Assembly (NCBI RefSeq): GCF_001194135.2 | Contig: NC_068996.1 | Coordinates: 11,653,882-11,699,127 of the forward strand | From: Octopus bimaculoides | Taxonomy: Eukaryota | Reading direction: 5' to 3' | Length of the DNA: 45,246 nt | Shown here: piece by piece, positions 36,391 to 45,246 of the stretch | Position numbering within the stretch: the first letter of the stretch is position 1 | Layout: each line of letters starts with the position of its first letter | The notes under the pieces: generated by a model | What the model was told of the DNA's origin: nothing | Databases searched by the model: none | What the model saw: the letters and a program-made list of their open reading frames with translations, nothing else | Translations under genes and position numbers: made by a program

Positions 36391-38083
36391 CATATTTCCA
36401 TGTTCTCTTCCTCCTTTTAATTTAGAATAAATTTTGACCATCCACCTACTTGGTAGCAAGGTTGTGAAGGAAAGTATCTTGGTTTGTTCATCATGTTTTA
36501 AATCTTAAGCTCACACAATTTTTTGTTGAGTCAGATATCGTAATCATAAGTGTGAATTTAGGATTTGCTTTCTCTCCACAAGATCCCAAGTTCAGCAATA
36601 CTCTGCTCCAGACTGGTTTGGATGTATTCTGTTGCTCCAATAATAATAAGCATGAAGCTGAAAGTACATTTTGGGTACTGGATGTGAAAACTCCTTCTAA
36701 ATGGCCATAACTACATAGATGTCCTAACCACATTGGTGTCGAGAGAGTAACTGATTTCCACAACTGAACTCATCTTTTCATTAGTTCCCTCACAAAAATA
36801 TCTGGTCGGTTGTGTGTTAACTTAGTGGCTGTTTTAACTTTTAATTTCCACAAATATTCTTTTGATCCGTCGGTTACAATATTCTCTTTACTCCTTACTT
36901 GTTTCAGTGATTTGACTGTGGCCATGCTGGAGCACTGCCTTTAGTCAAGCAAATCAACCCCAGGACTTATTCTTTGTAAGCCTAGTACTTATTCTATCGG
37001 TTTATTTTGCCGAACAGCTAAGTTACAGAGACGTAAACACACCACCACCGGTTGTCAAGCGATGTTAGGGGGACAAACACAGACACACAAACATATACAC
37101 ACCGTCTGCAAATGTTTCCGTTATTCTGTTCCAGACTGTTTTGGCCACTGCATCATGCCTTGTTTGATGATAATATCTAGAAGACACCCCTTAAAGTTGG
37201 CAATAATGTAGTTGAAATCTTCAGTCTTGGTCTTGCACGACCTATATTTGTTCTCTGTCAATGTTTTCTACCTTTTTATATTGTAATCGATGGAGATCTT
37301 TTGTTCTTGAATTGCATGGAGATAGCCTTCAAAGTGAGATGTCATAAACTTGTCAGTACTCCATGCTTTTGATATGATCAATCCCTTCTATGGTTTGTGT
37401 TTTACGTGTCAAGTACTCATGTACTATTTACTCAGAGAACTGGTTCATTTTTTTCTGTTCATCTTTTTCTGGTAAATAGATTTTACCAATGCACCTAGGA
37501 GGGAGATCGATATCAGTTCTTATTCCATACTGCTCCTCAAGTTCATTAACTATCTTAATTATGTCGCTGGTTTCATAGATAGTTACTGGTGTCTTTCCTC
37601 TGCTGCAGAAGTTGTTTCATTGTAACAATCCGTGCTTCATACGAAATCCACACAGATTTGAGACCACGGCCATCTTACTTGCGTTGGAAATATAGCCTGT
37701 CTACATCTCCAATGATATTGAAGTTACCTGTAACACTGAGCAGTTTACGTGTCGAGGCATCTATCTCATTGACTTCTTGTAGTGAGCAGTTTAGAAGGCC
37801 AAACGTAGGTGTGCCGATAGAAATTGCAAACCTGTTGTCGGCAATATGCTTGTTGGAAGCTGAGACATCTGATGACCACATTCTTTTTACTCTCCTAAGA
37901 TATTCCTGGCGCTCTCCGGATTTATGGAACATATCTGACATTCTCTTCTTGTCCAAGATACTTATAACTGTCACCTGACTGTAATGTTGTATCGTCAGAC
38001 CGTTTATTTTAAGAGGACGCAACCTTTCTACGTTATATTGCGAAAACTGCACATTTGGACTCACCAAATTGTAATCCAATTAC
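36391..38083 (-). mobile_element. 5'-truncated R4/Dong element of another subfamily, interrupted by an S3 SINE
   Basis: 'IDASTRKLL..GNFNIIGDVDRLYFQRK*DGRGL', 'SRYYQTRHDAVAK', 'KLTHNRPDIFV' and 'FMLIIIGAT'. Confidence 0.88.
36886..37101 (-). mobile_element. SINE family S3 inserted into the R4 element
   Basis: Clean S3 3' half; the R4 reading resumes on both sides. Confidence 0.87.
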
Positions 38084-38093
38084 TGTCTGTTTA

Positions 38094-38146
<53 letters not shown>

Positions 38147-38407
38147 ATGTATGTATGTATGTATGAATGTATGTATGTATGTGTGTGTATGTATGTATGT
38201 ATGTATAAATGTATGTATGTATGTATGCATGTATGTATGTATGTATGCATGTATGTATGTATGTATGCATGAATGTATGTATGTATGTATGTATGTATGC
38301 ATGAATGTATGTATGTATGTGTGTGTGTATGTATGTATGTATGTATGTATGTATGCATGTATGTATGTATGTATGTATGTATGCATGTATGTATGTATGT
38401 ATGTATG
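38084..38407. repeat. (CTGT)n/(TATG)n microsatellite array
   Basis: Direct reading. Confidence 0.95.
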
Positions 38408-39092
38408 NNNNNNNNNNNNNNNNNNNNNNNNNNNNNNNNNNNNNNNNNNNNNNNNNNNNNNNNNNNNNNNNNNNNNNNNNNNNNNNNNNNNNNNNNNNNN
38501 NNNNNNNNNNNNNNNNNNNNNNNNNNNNNNNNNNNNNNNNNNNNNNNNNNNNNNNNNNNNNNNNNNNNNNNNNNNNNNNNNNNNNNNNNNNNNNNNNNNN
38601 NNNNNNNNNNNNNNNNNNNNNNNNNNNNNNNNNNNNNNNNNNNNNNNNNNNNNNNNNNNNNNNNNNNNNNNNNNNNNNNNNNNNNNNNNNNNNNNNNNNN
38701 NNNNNNNNNNNNNNNNNNNNNNNNNNNNNNNNNNNNNNNNNNNNNNNNNNNNNNNNNNNNNNNNNNNNNNNNNNNNNNNNNNNNNNNNNNNNNNNNNNNN
38801 NNNNNNNNNNNNNNNNNNNNNNNNNNNNNNNNNNNNNNNNNNNNNNNNNNNNNNNNNNNNNNNNNNNNNNNNNNNNNNNNNNNNNNNNNNNNNNNNNNNN
38901 NNNNNNNNNNNNNNNNNNNNNNNNNNNNNNNNNNNNNNNNNNNNNNNNNNNNNNNNNNNNNNNNNNNNNNNNNNNNNNNNNNNNNNNNNNNNNNNNNNNN
39001 NNNNNNNNNNNNNNNNNNNNNNNNNNNNNNNNNNNNNNNNNNNNNNNNNNNNNNNNNNNNNNNNNNNNNNNNNNNNNNNNNNNNNNNNNNNN

Positions 39093-39145
<53 letters not shown>

Positions 39146-39327
39146 TAAAGAAGTTGTTAGCTCAGCATTATGGTTTACTGTAGATTCAGCGTTTGAATCC
39201 CGCAAGCGGTGTTGCAAATGTTTGCATTCTTTCGTTCTCCTTCCTTCCCTCCCCGCTGTCCTATCTCGCGATTTATACATGCATACATACATACATACAC
39301 ACACACATACATACATACATACATATA

Positions 39328-39363
<36 letters not shown>

Positions 39364-39576
39364 TAATATATATATATATATATATGTGTATTCATGTAAA
39401 CACTTGCATATGCATGTGCATATGTAGGCTCATATACTTATATACATACATATATATATAAATATATAAATATATAAATATATAAATATATATATATATA
39501 CATATATAAATATATATATGCGTTATTCATTCATAGAAACGAATACACGCGTTTATGCATATTCTTATATTTACAA

Positions 39577-39616
<40 letters not shown>

Positions 39617-39989
39617 ACACCTACACCTATACACACACACGTACACTCACACCTATACACACACATTAGCAGCATATAAACATATACATAAACACTCACC
39701 CATTTACATGCACATGTATTTACATTAACAATGCAGAACATTTCAGGATGTGATATTTCAGAATATATTGTGCAAGTGTAGAAAATAGGTTATAATAATC
39801 ACTTGCTTGCATGGTCGGCACGCACCATACGATCACGCCCACACACAGATTTTTGCAGACACACATGTGCTTGTTGCATCACTATCTATGATATATTTCT
39901 GGGTGTTGAAGGAAAAACGTCTTGATAAATGCTGTCGAAAATATGTATGTTGCAATTTTTTAGCTTTGTATCTAGATAGAAGTTTTTAT

Positions 39990-41720
39990 CCATGTGTTTC
40001 AATCTGGCTCAGTAGGTATTTATGTCAGTATGTACTACAGGAGATCAACTTCGAGTTCAGGGTGATTCTGATGTGATGTACTATAGCCATCTTTTCTGCA
40101 GGGCATGCGTTTTATCTGCTGAGTTTTACTTGATACTCCATTTGATCTTGTACTTTACGATCTAATGGTATTTCAATAGTCATGAGTATTTAAACAAACG
40201 AATGCCTGCCCTTCTATCAAAATTTCTGAAACAATAATTATGCTGGTAGTATCTAGATTTAAATATTTTCCGAATAAATTTAACATCAGACAGATTTATT
40301 ATGTTGAAGATACCCGTGCGTTTCAATAGAGAACTTGTAATTTGAAAACCATACAAATACAAAGTGTGGGTTAATACACCTGCGTGTTAACAGATGATTA
40401 TATGAGCCGCGGGTAAAATGTATCTGGCGTTGATTGCCGTTCTTTACGACGCATGGTCTATTATGAAGCTATACATGACTTTCACGCTGTTCCTCTTCGA
40501 TAATTTGAGATATCTGTAATTGTTATAAATGAGTATTTCATATTAAAGTGCCTTGCATTTGCACTGGTTTGTATTGCAGTCTCTTTTTTTTTCTTCATTT
40601 CCTCATACATCCATAGTCGAAAACTCTTTTCCAGACTTGTGCATGTCTGTATTACTAGGATGTATCATATTTTTTTTATATATCATCGATCATATTCTTG
40701 ATGGTAGAATTTAGTTACAGGAGCTTTGATTAACGCATTGTTTTCAATTTGATTCTCAAAGGTGTGGTTATTGCTGCAGAAATGTAAAAGTTGTCAAACA
40801 CGATTTTATAAAAGACATCTTAATTACAACCGTTCATGATTTGACTATGCTGAGTGCGATAGACCTCGCTCTCTGTTGCTGAATTATTTCTGTAATAAGA
40901 ATAGTATGTTCAGGAGTATGATTTTGCAGATTCTAACTGAATATTTCCAACTCATAGGAACGGTGAAGGAAATATTATCTACTTTTTTATCTTTTTCATA
41001 AGATCTTGCTGTTAGGAATGTAGATATTTTCTTGCTTTATACTTTTTAACTTACTAAGGTAGTTAATTATAAAAGATGGAGGTGATAGTCGTAAAATTAT
41101 ACCATTGAGAGAATCTGTTATATCGAATTGCATAATTTTAATGAATGTTTGTTGCTGCATATTGTGAATCATTTTGTGGTTCATTTGAAGTAACCTAGCT
41201 TTGTTTCTAGATGCTGCTAATGATGTAATCCTGAATGTGTTTGCCGATTCTTCCGATCTGTTTCTGTGGTAACTATTAACTTGTAAACTGTCGAAGAATT
41301 CGTACTTGTGATTTGGAAGTGTTGCTTGAGATGTTCGCATCCAGCTTCTGTGTTTTAAACTTTATTTCTTTGTTCATATCGATTTGAAATTGTTGTATCT
41401 TTCCTTGTTTTGTGTATCTATTGTAATTTGATTAGAATATTTTGTGTGTAAATGTCAACGTCATATCTGAATTTCGTTTTGACAGAGGGAACAGAAATGA
41501 TCTCAGAATCGTTGAACTTTGTATGTTACTCTTACAAGTTTATGCAGAGATAAATTTTTGTAAAACTTTTAAAATATACTCCATCAGACTTGAACAGTAT
41601 GCTTAACATTGACTCACAAATAGCCATAACGAACGAGAAATTATCTCCAGATTGTAGCAGTCATACAGATTGCTTTTTAACGGATATTGCCCTGTAAATT
41701 CAATAAGGTAACACTAACAG
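39990..41720 (-). mobile_element. Penelope-like element (RT, linker and GIY-YIG), heavily degenerate
   Basis: 'QIGRIGKHIQDY', 'QQQTFIK..QFDITD', 'DNISFTVPMS..ICKI', 'KRNSVKVMYS', 'IFKSRYYQHNYCFRN', 'YKIKWSI' and 'CPAEKMAI' are in the expected PLE order. Confidence 0.75.
40396..40661. repeat. 266-bp direct repeat, copy A
   Basis: Nearly identical to 41723-41988 (about 3 differences by eye). Confidence 0.95.
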
Positions 41721-41722
41721 AG

Positions 41723-41988
41723 GATTATATGAGCCGCGGGTAAAATGTATCTGGCGTTGATTGCCGTTCTTTACGACGCACGGTCTATTATGAAGCTATA
41801 CATGACTTTCACGTTGTTCCTCTTCGATAATTTGAGATATCTGTAATTGTTATAAATGAGTATTTCATATTAAAGTGCCTTGCATTTGCACTGGTTTGTA
41901 TTGCAGTCTCTTTTTTTTTTTTCATTTCCTCATACATCCATAGTCGAAAACTCTTTTCCAGACTTGTGCATGTCTGTATTACTAGGAT
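41723..41988. repeat. 266-bp direct repeat, copy B
   Basis: Nearly identical to 40396-40661. Confidence 0.95.
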
Positions 41989-41989
41989 A

Positions 41990-42340
41990 TATCAAATAGG
42001 AAATTGACTGAAAACACATTTGAACCTGGACGCTACGAGGATACTTATACATTCAAAACTAATGAAGAGATGTGCAGACGGCTACCAACGGAAAATACAA
42101 GAGGAAATGGAAGATAATAGGTGAGGCAGACTCATATTCTCAGAGCAGCATTTGCGTAACTATGGAATACAGAGTGTATGGCAATATTGTATCGCATTAG
42201 TGACACCTTGTACTCAGATTGGTATCATTCTACATATACAGGCTTAGATTTGGAAACCCACTGAAGCAACGACAGACCAAGCGGAGAAAAATACAAACGT
42301 AGATACAAAGCGAATAAGTGTTACAAAAATGATTCAAACT
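41990..42340 (+). mobile_element. Penelope-like GIY-YIG fragment, inverted relative to the main element
   Basis: 'LTENTFE..RY..TYTFK' and 'KWKIIGEADSYSQSSIC'; DNA similarity to the minus-strand GIY-YIG ('tagatacaaagc' shared). Confidence 0.6.
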
Positions 42341-42511
42341 ACAAATACTTCCAGCACCGACTTTCATTCACTACTAGAAGTACAAATCATTGCAATGTTT
42401 TCTGTAGAACTGTTTTTAAATATTTGGGAGTCAGTATCCTAGCACGCATCATGTTACATGCTGAAACTTTACAGCAATACTTTCACCCGATTACATGGTT
42501 TTACATATATA

Positions 42512-44093
42512 CACTGAACCGCAAAAGAAATGTGATTTTTTCAAATGTCATTTTTATATGGTAAATTCTGAAAATTTATTTCGGAGGTCTAAGTGTAAAT
42601 ATTCCTAGACATACTGGTTTATGACTGAGACCCAAATTGCTGGTAACCTTTCAACTTTCCCTGAAACGAGACGCCAAAACGCTGCTGCGTTGAATGCCGT
42701 GGTTGGCAGTCATAAACAATTGCAATGAAAACCGAAATGCACGTGCATCTCGTGGAGGTTCTGGTATAAAAATCAACTTCAACCGCGTTCCCGGAATTCG
42801 TACCAACACAAGGACAAAAACTGAAATTCAAAACGAATTGTAAAAGGTTCAATGAGGTCGCTCGAAGTGTGGGATTCGAGCGGCCATCATTCCATTATAC
42901 ATTCTTCGCTTTCATCTGCTCATTCGCTTTTTCCCGCATAAGTGTCTTATCTGCCCTTGTGTTGTCCGCTCTGTGTTAGGCCTTTATGGCTGGTGTAAAA
43001 TAAATTCGTAATTTTGATGCATCAGATATGACCCGATTATCAGCAGCACAGAGAGAACAAGCTATCGGTCGATTGCAAGCATGGCAGTGAGCTCTGGTTG
43101 TTGCGAAAGCTTGCGATGTCCCTGTCAGCACCATCTATTGCCTGTAACAACGATACGACACCAAAAACACTGCAGACCATGCCCGCAGAGGGCACCCCCA
43201 GGTGATCACGCCCAGGCAAGACCTGCAGCACCTCCGTGATCGCTTTAGACCGGTCAGCATGACAGCTCGCGAGACCACTGGTACTGGACAGCGATCCATC
43301 ATCAACGACACGGTACGACGTCGACTGGCCACCAACAACCTGCGTTGCTGTCGTTCTGCTCGAGGGCCTGTCCTCACCGCCCGACACCGTCAGGCACGAC
43401 TACGTTGGGCTACACGGTACCGACATTGGCGGCATCAATGGTAGGCGTAGGAGGGGTGAACGCTCCAGAGATACGCATGGAGAGAGAGGTAAGGGGTGGC
43501 CAAAGCATCATGGTTTGGGGTGCTGTAGGCCTGAATCAGAGAATTGGCCCCCATGTGTTCTAAAATGTTGGTGCAGGGAAAGGGAATGGCATCACAGCGC
43601 AGCTCTACGTTGACCAGATCCTAAGATCTCACATCGTACCTTTCGTCGCGCATCACCATAACCAAGTATTCCAGCAGGACAATACTTCCTCTCACACGCC
43701 AGGGTTACCATGGACTTCCTGCGTCAGCACATCAAAACCATGTCTTGGCCGGATTTCACCCCAATTGCACACCTGTGGGATGAAATCCAGAGACGGCTGA
43801 GTTAGGTGGTCCCAAGGCCAACAACTCGTGAGAAACTGGAGGCAGCTTTCCTCAGGGTGTGGGCAAAGGTGCCAATGGCTTTTGTGGACCGCTTCATACA
43901 CTCCATGTACCGACAGTGTATAGCCATTTTGAACACCCAGGGAGGGCATACAGGGTAGTGAACATGACAACGACCCATAGACTGTGCATCCAAGAAATTG
44001 ACTTTATTAGATTTATCAAAATTTATCTGACATAATGAAATTAAAACATATTTCGCAGTCACACACGTTTCACGTTTCTTTTGCTGTTCTGTG
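42512..44093 (+). mobile_element. Tc1-family DNA transposon with both TIRs and TA duplication
   Basis: Left TIR 'cactgaaccgcaaaagaaatgtga' (42512-42535) matches right 'tcacgtttcttttgctgttctgtg' (44070-44093) at 21/24 positions; TA lies at 42510-42511 and 44094-44095. Confidence 0.93.
43028..43958 (+). pseudogene. Tc1 transposase pseudogene
   Basis: 'MTRLSAAQREQAIGRL..TVRRRL..GPVLTARHRQARLRWA..SIMVWG..FQQDN..HLWDEIQRRL'. It has stops, the first catalytic Asp region is deleted, and PIEH is changed to PIAH. Confidence 0.9.
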
Positions 44094-44167
44094 TATATGT
44101 AGAAAACGTAAGTATACATGCGACTGTGTATGCACGTGTATGTGTGTATATCTTTGTGTGTGTGTAT

Positions 44168-44218
<51 letters not shown>

Positions 44219-44711
44219 GGCATTTGTGCGTTTTATGTGTGTGTACATATTTATGTGTGTGTACATATATATANNNNNNNNNNNNNNNNNNNNNNNNNNN
44301 NNNNNNNNNNNNNNNNNNNNNNNNNNNNNNNNNNNNNNNNNNNNNNNNNNNNNNNNNNNNNNNNNNNNNNNNNNNNNNNNNNNNNNNNNNNNNNNNNNNN
44401 NNNNNNNNNNNNNNNNNNNNNNNNNNNNNNNNNNNNNNNNNNNNNNNNNNNNNNNNNNNNNNNNNNNNNNNNNNNNNNNNNNNNNNNNNNNNNNNNNNNN
44501 NNNNNNNNNNNNNNNNNNNNNNNNNNNNNNNNNNNNNNNNNNNNNNNNNNNNNNNNNNNNNNNNNNNNNNNNNNNNNNNNNNNNNNNNNNNNNNNNNNNN
44601 NNNNNNNNATATATATATATATATATATATAACACAAACCTGTGTATCATATATATCTTATGTGTGTGTATGTGTGTGTATGCGTGCGTGTGTTTGTGTG
44701 AGACAATCCAC

Positions 44712-44950
44712 ACACGACGAGTATTCCAGCTGATCTGATCAAAAGAACAGCCTGCCCGTGAAATTAATGTGCAAATGGCTGAACAATTCACAGATACGCG
44801 TATCCTTCACGTAGTTCTCATGGAGATTCAACGTGACACAGACTGTGATAAGGCTAGCCATTGAGAATGCAGGTACAACGCAGTTTTGCTATTTGTATGA
44901 AACGGTATTTCAATCGAAACCCGAATACCCAAACCACTAAGCTACGCGGA
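44712..44950 (-). mobile_element. tRNA/CORE SINE (family S2), degenerate
   Basis: 'cagcctgcccgtgaaattaatgtgcaaatggctga..gtagttctcatggagattcaacgtgacacagactgtgataaggct'. Confidence 0.75.
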
Positions 44951-45059
44951 TTCACTATATATATACGTAATACATGGTATAACTATAAGCAGGGCATTTC
45001 TCGGCAGACTGAAAAAAAATGATGAGCAATCTTAATCGATTTGAACTCTGAGGTTTTCA

Positions 45060-45225
45060 TCAGAGACATCAGTAGAGCGGTTCAGCAAAAGAGAACGATG
45101 GAATAAGTATTAGGCTTACAAAGAATATGTCCTGGGTTCGATTTGCTCGACGGAAGGCGGTGCTCCAGCATGGCCGCTGTCAAATGACTGAAACAAATAA
45201 AAGAGTAAAAGAGTAAAAGAATACA
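45060..45225 (+). mobile_element. SINE family S3, 3' half
   Basis: 'gcggttcagcaaaagagaac..taggcttacaaagaat..ggcggtgctccagcatggccgctgtcaaatgactgaaacaaataaaagagtaaaagag'. Confidence 0.78.
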
Positions 45226-45246
45226 TACATACATACAAACATGTCC

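Noticed and set aside
45030-45075. Minus-strand CTGATGA with a short stem
   Set aside because: It lacks the GAAA core, having CAAA instead.

Overview
AT-rich eukaryotic DNA from a gapped draft assembly. There are 11 N-runs, nearly all flanked by microsatellites. The SINE families and microsatellite spectrum look like a coleoid cephalopod, probably Octopus (recognised by eye, not by search). I find no supportable host gene, RNA gene, CRISPR array or prokaryotic-type system; the window is an intronic or intergenic transposon graveyard. It holds a head-to-tail array of three Tx1/L1-clade LINEs (12.6-18.5 kb, minus), two with complementary internal deletions. It also holds a near-full-length R4/Dong LINE (31.6-35.4 kb, plus) facing a stack of truncated R4/Dong 3' ends, and two Penelope-like remnants. 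DNA transposons are a Tc1 with both TIRs and TA duplication (42.5-44.1 kb) and a mariner carrying a nested RTE. HERO-like and CR1-like RT fragments and many tRNA/CORE-type SINEs fill the rest. The best leads are (i) apparent (CATA)n-specific, orientation-specific R4/Dong insertion, (ii) an ORF1-only 'half-Tx1' derivative next to an ORF1/RT derivative, and (iii) a young 266-bp duplication plus an inverted endonuclease copy in an old Penelope element. Element assignments rest on motifs translated by eye; coordinates are approximate to within tens of bases unless exact junctions are stated.
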